From Patellaria atrata CBS 101060 (Eukaryota): a stretch of 64,000 nt of DNA. Shown here in pieces: positions 22,085 through 36,162 of the stretch (its first letter is position 1; every line of letters starts with the position of its first letter). The DNA lies in assembly GCA_010093705.1 (NCBI GenBank), contig MU006089.1:3628-67627 (forward strand). Reading direction: 5' to 3'. A program made the translations under genes and the position numbers. A model generated the notes under the pieces. That model ran no database searches. It saw nothing but the letters and a program-made list of their open reading frames with translations, and was not told where the DNA came from.

Positions 22085-23823
22085 GGCGTTCGCGTATGCA
22101 CAGACGTCCTAAGGATCGTGATGCCTCATGTAGGATGCTGAAGTGTCAAGCAATCGATCGTACAGGCTGGTTGCCAATTGCCGAAAGCAGTAACAGCTAG
22201 GTACGGTGGATTTTGGTCTTGTTTGTGTTGTACGAGCAGCGGATGCCTTGCGCGAAATAGGAAGGGACGGCTGCACTCGGCGATAGAATCAAGTTCGAGA
22301 TATGTGGCAGACTTGATCGATTCCCGACAAAGAGATTCGGCGCGCAATTGGAAGAAATGAATCCTTGTCGATGACTGTTGAGTGTACAGTGCGGAAGTGT
22401 CAGGTGGTTATTTGGGAAATATATTGCAAAGGTCACAATGCGGCCTGTCAGCTTGAAGTTGATGAAGAGGGGAAGCAGAGGAAAAGCAAAAGGAGAGAAT
22501 TAAGGCTCAAAATGAGGGTAGGGTAGAGAACGTGGGATGCTCAAAGAGCGTTTGAATTGAAAAGAGTTGAAACAGCAACAGAAACGAAGGAGAGATTTGC
22601 AGAATGCTGTGAGAGATGGGATGTGACAAAGTCTGCTTCGTTGCTTAAAGTCACAAAATAAAGGACCAGGATAGAGGCCTCCTCTCTGTATTAGGAAAGG
22701 CTTCAAACGGTCAACAGGTGAACCGGGAAGTTGGAACCCGTCCGAGCCCGTCTTTGAACTCTTCCTGACTCGTACACCTTTTTGTCACTTTCGAGTCCTG
22801 GATTTTGACTGCACTTTATCGATAAGCTAATTAATCAAATCTCGAGAGTAGAGATATATGAGTTTGACAGATAGAGTGGTTCCTACCTTGGCTGTCCAGC
22901 ACATAGGGCTCTATTTCGACGGCAAGACATGTCAGATATCTCTCACTCTCCATTTTGTGCTTACGGTTAGGCTCAGGAAAGGGAGGTTCTCCGACCTGTT
23001 ATCCCTAACTAGTCACTGCAAAATCGCGGACATAGCTAGCGCGTTGATGGCGCGAGTAGAAATAGGAGCGTTTGATAACTTTGATGGAACTAACAAAAAA
23101 GAAAGACCCGCTTATAACCTCAAGTATGCTCGCCTCTCGGTCAAAAAGAGTAAAGACAGATGGACCTGGTGACGACCGGCGGGGAATTGCTTATCAATCT
23201 CATCACATTTCGATAAGGATGATGAAGTTTTCCCATATGTAATATTGGATCTACAGTACTTTGAATTTACATACTGTACTTGTAGTAGCTGGACTTTCTA
23301 TCCGTCATCCGTCTTCTTCCTCTTTTCCGTCCGGCTTGTGTACCCGTATTTTCTACTCTCATCATTCGACTAATGGACCATATGGTTCCTGCATTAGGTG
23401 ATATAGGTGAGACGGAGAAGTTCAAAGGTTAAGAACCTATCAAATAAACCATGCACGGTCCAAACTGCAAAATTCTGGTGCGAAAAAAGGTATAGAATCC
23501 CCAGAAAACCCGAGAAAGCGAAAATTCAGGTCGGTTAATGGCCACTCCCGCCCCTGACACCGCACACGTGATGAACCGTGCACGTGACGTATATGATTCG
23601 TTCAAATGTTTTCCCGGAAGTCGGGAAAGCAAAGCTTGCGGAAGCCGATGCGATGGTATCCCGTCATGCTTGAGCTCACCCAGCTGGAGCTTGGCCTGCG
23701 TGAGCATCTCTCCACTCATCTTTTCTGTAACCTAAACGTTCCTTGTGATTTTTTCAAACGCATTTGTTGCCTTTTACAATCACCTGTACAATCAAATCTA
23801 CTTCAAAGCATAATAAGCCCGAG

Positions 23824-24922
23824 ATGCCGCCAGACCTCAACTCTCTCCCTCCATCACGTTCGCCTTCTGGCTCGAATTCCCCACTACAAGCCCGCACCAT
23901 GATACCAATATCGAACCAACCTCCCTCTCCACCCTCTCACTCGCCCTCCCATTCTCTAGCAGCAACCGCAGCTTTGAATGCTGGTATACATAACGAGGAG
24001 TCTAGAACGTCACCCTTCAGCTCCGCGCGCAACCGCGACCTCAGACGCCGTCGCTCCTCCGTCCGGATGAACCTCGACCTCAACGACCCCACACTCCCGA
24101 GTCCCGGCGAATTGCAAGGCAGTCCACGCACACGGGCTCACGCTCAGCCCTGGGGGATCAGTCCCCAGCACATACGTACCCCGAGTTTGGGCGAGCTACA
24201 TCAGGAGCTGGAGAGTGAGCAGGAGGCTCAAGTGGTCTGTCTTCCCATATTGACACTCAAAATTCCCACCCAAAGAAGACAGCAAGCTTTGAGAGGAGAT
24301 GGATTTGCTAACGGGGCGCTCCTTTGATTTGCAGAATCGTCTCCTGGCGATGATTAGACAGCAACAAGCCCAGATTGCTCTTCTGAGCTCACAGTCTACC
24401 GCCGTAGACGACAGTACACCGACGTCTGAACGATCGCTCTCACTTCCTCCCACCGTTGTTCCAAGTAGCAATATCGCAGCTCCGCGACCTCGTTCTCCTG
24501 CACTTCCTCCATCCTACCCACTCTCCCGACAATCATCCTTCCGATCTCGGGGAAGCAGCCGTACTGGTTCACCGGCCTTGAGACCGACGGCAACACCGCA
24601 TGGCGAATACGGTGAATGGATGCTTGGTGGCAGTGGGACTAGAGATGAAGCGTCCTTCTATCAGGCTGAGACACAGAACTTGACAAGGGAGAATCAGATG
24701 CTTAAGATGAGGATACGGGAATTAGGTAAGGGTTTGCCCGAGCGAGATACATATGTTATGAGATATATGGGCTAACTCTATGATGTGATAGAACGACAAC
24801 TATCTGAAGCAGGTCCCACATCCTCACCTTCAACGCATCCGCATACACCAAGCGGTCTTAGCAGTCCTCCGCTAGAGGCTGAAACCGCTGGTAGTGTTCT
24901 CCCAATTGGAGACCAAAAATAG
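23824..24922 (+). CDS. Fungal hypothetical protein, Ser/Pro-rich with coiled-coil segments, 3 exons
   Basis: MPPDLNSLP...LGELHQELESEQEAQV|NRLLAMIRQQQ...FYQAETQNLTRENQMLKMRIREL|ERQL...; frames join across GT-AG introns; TAG at 24920-24922. Confidence 0.8.
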
Positions 24923-25515
24923 ACTTCTTTTTTTTTTTTTGAAAACTGTTTGGAAGTACTGAGATGGTTTGGCGTTATATTCACTTTCGGTTCGGTTGAT
25001 CGGAGTGTGTTGTGATCATTAGAGTTGTTGCCAACATCTTCATTCGGCAACGGATACGCATCGACACATGGTGATTGCGAATATACCCTACTTTGCATCT
25101 TAAATTGAGTGAGATTTGAAGTTTGACATCTAACTTTGATTGAAGGCAAAAGAGGAAGTTACCTTAGGTATGGGGCCCCGTCTGATTGAGCGTTTGGAAG
25201 GATCATGACGTTCTCCTCCGGTCCGATCCCGATGCCCAAGTCGTGACTGGCTAAACCGTACTTTCCACTTTTAAGCTCAGACTTCAGGTATGGTCGCTCC
25301 TAGGTTAAGTGAAGAGATGAGACGGGAAAGGACGTGTTACTTTAGGTTATGAAGGCTGTTTATTTTCCGCTTATGAAAGTAAATAATATACAATACCGCC
25401 CTCAACCCACCTCACGCGACATCGAGATACCTGATCCATTGCCCAAATCCCTCAATACCATCAACGCCACCCCACCAATACATATGCCCCTAAACCCAAA
25501 TTTATTTCCAATGCC

Positions 25516-26843
25516 TTACTCATCTTCTGCCTCCTCGACACTAGCCTGCAGCTTCCTCTGGCTGACCGCGCCCTGAACCTTCTTCTGCGCATCCGTCCCA
25601 CTGGTCGTGACCGGCGCCGAAATATTCCCCTCGCTCCCTGCAACCGGGTGTGCTAGCGCCACTTCTGGGGCCGGGATGGAGTTGGGGATTGGGGCCGTCA
25701 CGGCGGCCGTTGCGGCTTTGGCTGTTTGTTGGACTTTGCCGTTTGCTTTGGCCGCTTCGGCTTTGAGGACTTTCTCAGCCTTTTTAGCCTTCTTGGCTTT
25801 TTTGGCTTCTTTGATTGCGGCGGCGTCCTGAGATGGGTTATTAGGTTTTGTTTTGGAGTGAGGGATGATTGGTGTTAGGGGGTAAAGGGTGAGGGGCTAT
25901 TTACCTGGTGCCAGCCCCAAATGGGTCTGAAGGAGTCGAAGAAACCAACGTCTTCGAAGAGGTTGGGGTAGAGCCAGAGACCTGGGGGGTGGGTGAACAT
26001 GGTGATCAAAAAGAGAATAAGGCGAAAGATCGCCATTGCGAAGAATAGGCCGATGAGCCCGAGCATGCCCATGCTGAGGTACCATACACCCTGTCGCATG
26101 AATAGAGGCCAGAGCGGGAACATCACGATAGCGAAGACGACAACGAGAGCGCCGGCAGCATAGAATTTCTGCTTCCATTGACTGCCCTCGTATAGCCAGA
26201 TGTAATGGAATTCGTCGCGAGCTTCTTGGTGTTGCTCGATTTTAACGGTCCAGAGACCCTTTACACGCTTCTTTTTGCCGTGGCTGTGGCCCTCGTGGGG
26301 ATCGATTTTAGAAACGCGTAGTGCAAGGAGAGAGAGGGGAAGAAGCTTGAAGGTGTTTTCGGCAGAGGCGCGATTGGTGACTTCGGGGAGGAGGGCGTTC
26401 TTAGAGCGGGCTTTGACGTAGGCTTCAGATTGTAGTGCGCGGATTGCGCGTTTGACTTATTGTTCCGTTAGTCCTGCTCACATTCTTGAAGTGATATGTG
26501 AGGGCTCTACGTTACCTTTGAACATATCCTTCCTCTTCTCCTGAAATATACATGTTCTGGGCTTGAGCTCTTGTGAACGTAGAAAATTGGCCACAGCAAG
26601 TGCTTCTGGCTTCGGTGGACCTGGATTTATAGGAACCTGCTGTTGCTGATGGTGTTGATGTTGCATCTGTTGCTGCTGTTGCATTTGGTGCTGCCGCATA
26701 GCTTGAGCCTTGAGATGTTCGATATATTGTTGTGGTGACATTCCATGCTTTTGCGCTTCAGCGGCTAGTTGCCGTTGCATTTCGGCAATCTGTTCTGGTG
26801 TAGGCTGCTGGCCCGGCATCGGGGGACCCATAGGCGTAGCCAT
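25516..26843 (-). CDS. SEC62: ER translocation protein Sec62, 3 exons
   Basis: NFLRSQELK...FK|VKRAIRAL; two TM segments; FPLWP and GLWLYPNLFEDVGFFDSFRP motifs. Confidence 0.93.
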
Positions 26844-27204
26844 GTTAAATGTTAATAGAACAAAGAACGGTTAACGAACTGTGACGGGTGTCTAAGGCTG
26901 TATATGAATTTAAAGCCAAGGGACAATTTTCTGTCTCCCCATAGAAGCCACGATGCTCGAAAGCGGATTACGTTTCTTGCTCCTAAATTTCGGTCCGGGG
27001 TTTATCCGCCCGCCCACTACCCAAAACTTTTCGAAAATCATATTTGATAAATCTCCTATGCTATCATCTCAACATCCCTAGAGGACATTAATTGCATCAA
27101 AAGAGACAGACTACCTCACGTCCTAGCCCAACGTGAGTATCGTCCTTTTGATTATTTGGCTGTTCTTTTCGCTAATATTTCGAATTGCTATTTAGCCAGT
27201 CAAT
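26844..27204. promoter_or_regulatory. Short bidirectional promoter shared by SEC62 and RPL12, including an RPL12 5'-UTR intron (about 27134-27195)
   Basis: The ATGs are head-to-head about 360 bp apart; GTGAGT...GCTAAT...TTTAG lies upstream of the RPL12 ATG. Confidence 0.6.
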
Positions 27205-27879
27205 ATGCGTAAGTATTCATCATGCATCAATTAGCTATACTTCTAATGCTAATCTATCACGTTCAGCTCCCAAGTTCGATCCCAATGAGGTAAAGATCAT
27301 TCACTTGAGAGCTACGGGTGGTGAGGTCGGTGCATCCTCCGCCCTTGCTCCCAAAATCGGTCCTCTTGGTCTGTCTCCCAAGAAGGTTGGTGAAGATATC
27401 GCCAAAGCGACGGGTGACTGGGTGAGTACGAGAATGCATTGAAATCGATGAGGCCGAGCACTGACTGTATATACAGAAAGGTCTCCGCGTTACGGTCCGT
27501 CTTACCATCCAAAATCGTCAGGCAGCGGTTTCCGTGGTTCCCTCTGCGTCTTCGCTTGTCATCAAAGCTCTTAAGGAGCCTCCCCGAGATCGTAAGAAGG
27601 AGAAGAACATCAAGCACACGAAGTCAATTCCCCTGGATGAAATTATCGAAATCGCCAGAACGATGAGGTTCAAGTCTATGGCCAAGGATCTTAAGGGAAC
27701 TGTCAAGGAGATTCTGGGTACCGCATTCAGCACTGGTTGTCAGGTTGATGGCAGATCACCAAAGGATATCAGCGATGACATCGAATCTGGCGAGATCGAG
27801 AGTGAGTATCACCATACAAGGTTCAGGCACCATATAAGATCTCTAAATGCTGACGACGATTGCAGTTCCGGATGAGTAA
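27205..27879 (+). CDS. RPL12: 60S ribosomal protein L12 (uL11), 4 coding exons
   Basis: [53 protein letters not shown]...[16 protein letters not shown]...E|IPDE*. Confidence 0.97.
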
Positions 27880-28679
27880 AACATCTAAATCTGTAACTTC
27901 ACTAGTTGCCTAGATGACGATGAATGCGATATGAAGCTATACCATTGTAAACGTTTCCTTAATGTAGTGACATGCCCCAAATTCGCCGGTACCCCATGTT
28001 TGTATTACGCCGAAGTCCACTTAGCCCCAATGTACACTTTGCAACACTCAACCCCTGCCGACTTGCATCCTTCCGGATCGGGTCATTCATGGCTTTGGGT
28101 TTATTTTCACGCAAAGAAGATAAAAATGGCCTATTACTCACCGTGGTACTGAATCTGTTTTTACAGCCATGGGTATCATGGTCCTTTCTTCTGGCCCACA
28201 TACTATTTCCCCGATTATCCCTTTCAACACTTCAAAAAAAAAGGATATAGTGAATATACCCGTTACTATGCCTAAGGTGATTGATGATTTACCCTTCTGC
28301 TAATCTGGATAGGTGCTTCTACACCAAACTTTCCATGGGTAACGATATCTTTCGATATCCTGACAGCAGTGCATGTCATGGGGCGCGCGCGTACAGTGAT
28401 CAGTTCTTGTAGCCTGATGGAAATGCACAACGATCAGGGATACCATTGTTATAGATGCGGCGTAGGGCTTACAAGACGGAACAAGGTAAAATCGGATATA
28501 CTTCCGTTCATTCTCCATAAATGACGATCACCCTTACGATTCAAGCTGTAACCTTGTATCCTGCTATTTCCCTACTTATTGCATATAAACTAACTGGTAT
28601 CGTGAACGCCAAGTCCGAGTGTCAGACTTTGGACTCCGTACCTTATTCAACATAGAAGTTCCTCACGCTTATATCAAAA

Positions 28680-28779
28680 NNNNNNNNNNNNNNNNNNNNN
28701 NNNNNNNNNNNNNNNNNNNNNNNNNNNNNNNNNNNNNNNNNNNNNNNNNNNNNNNNNNNNNNNNNNNNNNNNNNNNNNN
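28680..28779. other. Assembly gap (100 N)
   Basis: N-run. Confidence 1.
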
Positions 28780-30969
28780 AAGTCTTTGTAAAGAGCCGAA
28801 GGTATGTATGGCGGGATATACTGTTCGACAAGGCTCCGCTCTGAATATGTGATAAGCGCAAAGGGCGGCGAGGGGGCTGCAAGCCACGCTTGCAAGCAAA
28901 CGCCACGATCACAACTGAAGCGGGCTGGTGGGAGTTTAAGGTGCACCAGTCCAGCTTACGGATGGAAGCGTGGGCGGTCAAAAAACCATTAAAGGCGGGT
29001 CCCTTAGATATTCACCATTACTAGCGGCCGCCTCACACCGGTTTTCTGTCAAACTTTTTAAGTATTTAAGGCCTTTGGGGGTAAGTGTGGAATGTGTGGA
29101 AAGATTTTGGAGCTCACAAGGCTCAAAAGCCCGTATCAACCGTATCAAGCATACTTGGGATGTCTTGGATGCCGACTGGAAGGAAAAGACGGCATGGAAA
29201 GTCATAGTACTGGAAGTACATCCATTCTGATGTCTCGCAGTGTGGTTTTCCCCTGGAAAGAGTTAATAATAATGAATCAATAAGGTTACCCTTTGTGCGA
29301 ATCGTAATAATACACATTAATGCACTAAGACTCATGAGACTCCACGATGGTACAATATTCTGAGGCGTTCAAGCATCAGACGGGATCGTAGCCAAAGAGC
29401 GAACAGATTCTCATAAGGACTCACTTTAAGATTCCCATCCACCTCGCATGCAGCTTGGTCTTTAAATGGACATGATGACCACCAAAGACCTTGGTTAGTC
29501 ATGGATTAACCCGCCCGCTATTCGAGAAGGGTACCAAGAGAGAAAAATGAAAACCCGCTCAGAGCCTGAAGCACATCGTTCGTGCTAACCGTCAAGGCTT
29601 CAAGTGGAATGCTAATGTAAAGGAAAGTCAAGGATATCGGGTGTGCCTCTTGCGCATAATAATGTATTGGCGCACTAAATACCCTTGCACAACCCACCGT
29701 TTTCAAAGACTTGAGACTTCAGGTTCTGTTTTCCGATCAATACAACCTAATACGGTAATGACTGGTATTGTAAGAACGATGATATAAGAACGACGATATA
29801 TCAAAATGGTAACAATGTTGTTTGAATAGAATTAGACGTACACAGACGGGCAGGTAAGAATTGAACCCGTAACGCTCCTTAAGTCCCTAATCGCAACTGC
29901 GATAAAAGCCGAGCAAGTTATCGGTACTTTAGAGAAACTCTTCAAGGTAGGTGGTTATGGGTAATGGTATCGTAAGAATGATGTTAAGGGGTATTAGTCT
30001 GCTCAACCCAAATCCCCCCTCACGAACCGGGAAAAGCGTGTGCGCACACCAACACCAACATCATCCCTCTACGTTCCTTTTTGAAGCTTTTTCCAACCCC
30101 GTACCTTCATTCAAATCTGTACTCTCTCAGAGAGAGTATATCATACCTCTTCCTCACCTATTCTACCTTTGCGCCGATACTATCCAACATCTCACCTCCT
30201 CCAGATAGCCGTATTAATCTCTACAGCCCGTCTTGTACTCCCGATTTCAACGGCCAAACGCCGCAATCCCGCCTCAGCCTCCCCCCTTGGTTTCCTACGT
30301 GTGACATATATGCAAGTCGGCACCTGGTATTCTCGAGAAACCTAGCTGAAAGAGTTTGCCAACAAACCCATTCAGTCGGCACCTGTGGCTTCCTAGGCTC
30401 CGACGGTGTCAGCTTATTAGTAGGGCTTGTACGCTGTGGATAGCTGCATATTACACACCACTGCTCGGGAACTGTGCGTCGTCGGATTGTGACGGAGTAG
30501 ATCACTCCTTGCATACTCCACCGCACATCGTGTTTGCGACATAAATCTTCACCTACACTTTCTCATCTAGCTTCTGGATTTACGACCTCCAACCGTCCCT
30601 TCTTCCTTACTCGCGCTTTATCGTATCCGGCATTTACCTGCTCTCCGTGGTGAATCCAGGCCGTAACACTGTGGAATTTTCATTGGACTTTAAGAATCCT
30701 CCCTACAGGACTCCCTCTTCTGGCAAACCGTCAGGGACAGGAAGTCCCGTCCCTCCAGAGAATTGTACTTCTCGATATGTCATGCGCAGGCGACGGACAA
30801 AAACTCCGCAAAGGCATAGGTACAAGCCGGTCTTGATAAACCTGCCTTGAAGGTAGTTTAACATTCATTGTGGCCATTTCTGCCATTATCTTGAATTTCT
30901 CAAGCTTTGCAGATCTCCACGAAACGATATCTAAAAAGAACTTAGATATCCCATATCCAGCAAAATATT

Positions 30970-33900
30970 ATGACCATGATCGGTCATTTATCTCAGCAGA
31001 CGCAGGTTCAGCCAGGTATCATAGGTCAACCTGCTTCTCACCACTATTTCAGCTCTCTACCAGCTTCACCGCAACATGAATTTCCCCCGGATGATATGAA
31101 CAGTCTCGTAGCACCGCAAAAACGGCGCAATGTAGCTCAACAATATGCTCTTCCTCTCCAATGCACAAACTCGCACCCGCTCCAAGGGTCACTAAAGGAA
31201 AGCTCTGGGAACAATGAAAAGCAAGGTGAACATACGTTGCGGCGGAAAACCCCGAATGGCGTATTGGCTGCAGCCTACGATAGCACTTTAGTAGACCAGA
31301 TCGATAGGCCTCATGCTGATAAACACATCATTCTTCCAGTCACTAATGCGACGAAGGCGTTAAAGAACGGTGTTGAAAATGGTCAGGGGATTCAACAGAC
31401 GATACCCATGAGATCATCACATTATAGTTCCGAAGTTGCTCTTCAGTCTGGAGGCAGACAACAGCAAATCAGTAATTGGGGACCGGATACATATCAGGGG
31501 TATAGCGCACCAGGATTCGGATGGTCAAATACCCAGCTTCCTCAAATCCAAATTGACTCAATGTTGAACCAGCTGCCGTATCAGCCGCAATTGCAATATC
31601 AGCAAAATGGACAGCAATACTTTCCAGTTCTCCAACCGTCTTTACAGACTCCCTTAGGTCCCACAATATCGAATGATCAGGGTCCCTATGGCCCTTATTG
31701 GCCAAATGGCACCTACATCCCCTATAAACCTGCAGCAATAAGAGATCCGCGGTATAATCATGATCTGACTGACTATAGCTGGCAAAATTACAGCGGTAGT
31801 TATGGTGTCAATCCTAGTAGAGATTGGCAACTTTTCAATCACAGTATCTCCGCATCGCCCTCTAATTTCCAAACTCCGGATCCAGGCTTCACAGACACTT
31901 CTTTCCTACAGCAGTCAGCCAATCTCCGTTCTCACCGTTCTTCATTTGACCCTACTCTATCTCAAATCCCGGGACCTTCACCCTCATATCTTGTATCCCA
32001 TCAGCAAGCACTAGATATAGCTCCACATCAATTCTCTCCAAATTACACTCTTCAACAGGCAACCCAGCAGTTGAATAACTCAGGACATTCCACCCCTTCG
32101 GGACATACCACACCCCTAGCTAGTTCTTTAACAGAATTTGGGGCTCAGTCTGAGAATGCTCAGCTTAGGGAAAGAGTGTCCAACTGGGCCCATGCAATCT
32201 ACATTGATCTTCTAACTTACATACACAAGACTCGAAAGCATGCATCTCGTAACGGTACAAGTCATACTCATCCTCCTCGGCCCAATATTTTTCCTAAACC
32301 ACCACGGCAACCCGGGTCTAATTTCTCTAACCTTTCTTTATCCCGTCGAGCATCAGATAGCGCCACCTATAATCAATCAAAAATCACACCAATTAATAGT
32401 AATCTCAGTTCAACATCAAACTATTCACATAGACCTTTCTATCCTAGTGGTTTGTCATCCGCGCAATCTTCAGCCTCTCCAAATACCTCCACGAATCCCT
32501 TTTATCGCCAACCTACTCAGTTGGATGAAAGGATAAGGACGTTGCGTAGATCATCAGGGACATCTATATCTCCCTTGATGAATTCAATGAATCAAGAGAT
32601 CTCACCCACGAATCAAGCCTTAGCTGCAATCGATGCTATCACTACAATCTGCGTGGATTGCAATTGGAAATGGATCGATGGTGTGCTTGTCGGCGGTTGC
32701 TTGGCTTATGCCCTTGGTGATTATCAAAAAGCACTCAATTGGTACTCGAAGATTCTGAATGACGATCCTAAGTATTTCACACCTCCCCTAATATGGCTGT
32801 ATGAAAATCTAACGTCTTCCCAGTCATGTTGAAGCAATTTCCAATCTCGCAGCTACATTACTAGCTTTGAATCGACGACAAGAAGCGGAAGAGCATTGGC
32901 TACGTGCAGTGAAACTCCGTCCAAGTTATTTTGAAGCGGTCGAGCATTTAATTGGACTCTTGTGTAGCTCTCAACGTGGAAAGGAAGCTGTGGCAGTCAT
33001 TGAATTTGTTGAGAGGTCCCTTCTTTACATCAATCCGAACGACTCTCTACGTAATCTTGATGGTCACAGTGAAAATTCCGACTCCACCGGGCGATCTCCC
33101 AGCTCGTCTGAGACCTCCGACAAAGCTTTCTTCGACTTCGACGGCGAAAACGACGGTATCCCGAAGGATATTCGCAATTATCCAGGAGCGGATCAACCAG
33201 GTTTTAGCTCCAGTGGCTATGCTATTCCTGGATCTGAGAATGGGCGCATGTTGGCTCTTGTCCATGCTAAGGGTAACATGCTATATGCTTTGGGAAATAA
33301 TGCAGCAGCTGCTAAAGCATTCGAAAATGGCGTTTTGATTGCGGTTGGTCGTCGTGTCCAAGGAATTGGCGGGTTGATCAAACGGATTCTACAAGCATTT
33401 TCGATCGACGATATCGAGCTTCCAGGCACTGCAACTTCGAGATCACCACACGATCCCATTCTACTACCTCCGAGCTCAGCACTACAAACTGCTCGTCTAT
33501 GCTTCAAAAATAATGGAGAGCTCCCAGGTTTACGAGACGTTCCTGATGATGGTATGGCGCGTAAGGCAGCAATTTCAACTACAAGTAACTCGCTCCTTTC
33601 CCTTGCAAAGATATTTCAAGATGGTATGTCAACAAATTCACCCAAGGCGAATTCATATCAGACTTCGTATGGAGTGCGAGAAATACTCGCATTATACTAT
33701 TTGTCTCTATCACTTCAACCGAGCCCCTCCACTGCAAATAACGTTGGTATCCTTCTCGCAAGCGTTCAACAAACCATGAGTCCAAAGCAAATTGCCATTG
33801 CAGGCGACAATCACCAGACAATGATTCCAGGAGTTGTCCCAGGCAGTGGAATTGCCCTCGCACTAGCATACTATAATTATGGTCTCAATTTAGATTCGAG

Positions 33901-36162
33901 GCATGCCCATTTATTTACTAACCTTGGTAGCCTACTGAAGGATATTGGGCAACTATCCGCTGCTATAAAGATGTACGAACAAGCTGTGGCCTGCGACGGT
34001 AACTTCGACATAGCACTTGCCAATCTCGCCAACGCAGTGAAAGATCAAGGAAGAATTGCCGACGCTATAGGCTACTATAAACGTGCCGTCCATGCCAGTC
34101 CGGATTTTGCGGAGGCTGTATGTGGTCTTGCAAATGCTTTGAACTCGGTCTGCGGCTGGCAAGGTAGAGGCGGCATCGTTGCGGACGGCGGCAAGCGTGA
34201 TCGCTGGCATGTTGGAGAAGACGGACTCTTACTCGATGCGACCCTTCGTGGTGCTAGCAGTGGCGGTTGGATCAAACGTGTTGTCGATCTCGTAGAGAGG
34301 CAACTGGCAGATGGCGAAGACTGGGGTCGTGGCATGATCGATAAATCTTACGTGGACTACATCTTCAAACAACTCTCGTTGTTCAACAGCTCCAGTCAAG
34401 ATGCAATACACATGCGGGAAAATGGAGCACGAACTATGACAAAGTGGATGGGCCAGAAATGGGAAGGTCATAGACTGGTGAGATTGGTTGAGCGTGCTAT
34501 CAGAAGACTCGGTTGGCATTGGTATCAAGACAAATACGTCAATCCAAAGCTGCGATCGATATCGATGTACAGCCGACCTCATCTTCCGACGGCTCTTACG
34601 GTTCCTACGGCTCCTACCGTACTACCATTTCATACATTCACTTCCCCGATGTCTGCAAAGCAAATTCGTCTTATCTCACAAAGGAATGGCCTCCGCATAT
34701 CGTGCTCAGCTTTGAAGGCACTGTGGTTGCCACCGACCGTATATCCGCCACCCCCGCCACCCAATCCTTATCTAAAAGTTGGATATGTTTCTTCAGACTT
34801 CAACAACCATCCGTTAGCGCACTTGATGCAATCCGTCTTCGGCTTACACAACTCATCTCGCGTTAGTGCTTATTGTTACGCAACCACAGCAAGTGACAAC
34901 TCAGTACACCGCCAACAGATTGAAACTGAAGCACCTGTCTTCTATGATGCCAGTGCTTGGTCTGTGGAAAAGCTTGTGGGTCAAATCGTGAAAGATGGTA
35001 TTCATATTCTCGTCAATCTCAATGGATACACTCGAGGTGCGAGGAACGAGGTTTTTGCTGCTCGCCCTTCACCCATCCAGATGTCTTTCATGGGCTTCGC
35101 TGGCACACTAGGTGCTGAATGGTGCGATTACCTTCTCGCAGATGATACTGCGGTTCCTCCTGACACCTTACGACCTTGGAGAAGGAATATTGACCTTGAG
35201 GATCAACTCGTGGATGAAAATTCCGGCGGTAATAACGAAGATTGGGTCTATGGAGAGAATATCATCTTTTGCCGGGATACATTCTTTTGCTGCGACCATA
35301 GGCAAAGTGCGCCGGATTCACAAGAACCCAAGATCACGTGGGAGGAGGAGCAGGTTCGACGGTGGAATATGCGGAAAGAAATCTTCCCCAACCTTCCTGA
35401 TGATGTGATCATTCTTGCTAACTTCAATCAGCTATATAAGGTGAGTTGCTACTTTCATCTTAATCACATGCCGTTAAGTTGCTAGAGAGTTTTGATGCTA
35501 ACGTTTTATTCCAGATCGAACCCACGACCTTCCGCACTTGGCTTCGCATCCTAGACCGCATTCCCAAAGCCGTCCTCTGGCTCCTCCGCTTCCCCGACCT
35601 CGGCGAAACGAATCTCAAGCAGATCGCTCGTGCCTGGGCATCCGATGAAGTTGCCTCTCGCATCCTCTTTACCGACGTTGCCCCCAAGCACCAACATATC
35701 TCCCGCGCCCGCATTTGCGACCTCTTCCTCGATACTCCGGAGTGCAATGCTCATACTACCGCCGCTGATGTGCTTTGGTCAGGTACTCCGTTGCTGACTC
35801 TTCCGAGGTACAAATATAAGATGTGCTCGAGGATGGCGGCGAGTATCCTCAAGGGCGCACTGCCGAAGGGTGAAGACGGGGATAGGGCGAGGGAGGAGTT
35901 GGTTGCGGGGAGTGAGGAGGAGTATGAGGAACGCGCTGTTAGGTTGGGAAGGAATTGCGTTTATAGAAACGGCAGGGCAACTGGGAGGCTGAGTGAGTTG
36001 AGAAGACTGATTTTCGAGGGGAGATGGACGTCTCCATTGTTCGATACGAGGAGATGGGTTAGAGATTTGGAGGATTCTTATGAGATTGCGTGGAGCAGGT
36101 GGGTTCGAGGCGAGGGTGGGGATATATGGTTGGAGCAGGAGAGACCATCCAAGAAAAAGTAG
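30970..36162 (+). CDS. OGT: O-GlcNAc transferase-like glycosyltransferase family 41 with TPRs, 3 exons (introns 32772-32823, 35441-35514)
   Basis: TPR motifs (NLGSLLKDIG, NLANAVKDQG), LKVGYVSSDFNNHPLAHL, NLNGYTRGARNEVFAARP, NFNQLYK|I and DLFLDTPECNAHTTAADVLWSGTP. These are OGT/SEC-type catalytic signatures. Confidence 0.92.

Noticed and set aside
29845..29900. tRNA-like GGTTCAATTC (B-box/T-loop) on the minus strand
   Set aside because: The flanks do not form a T-stem and no cloverleaf can be built.
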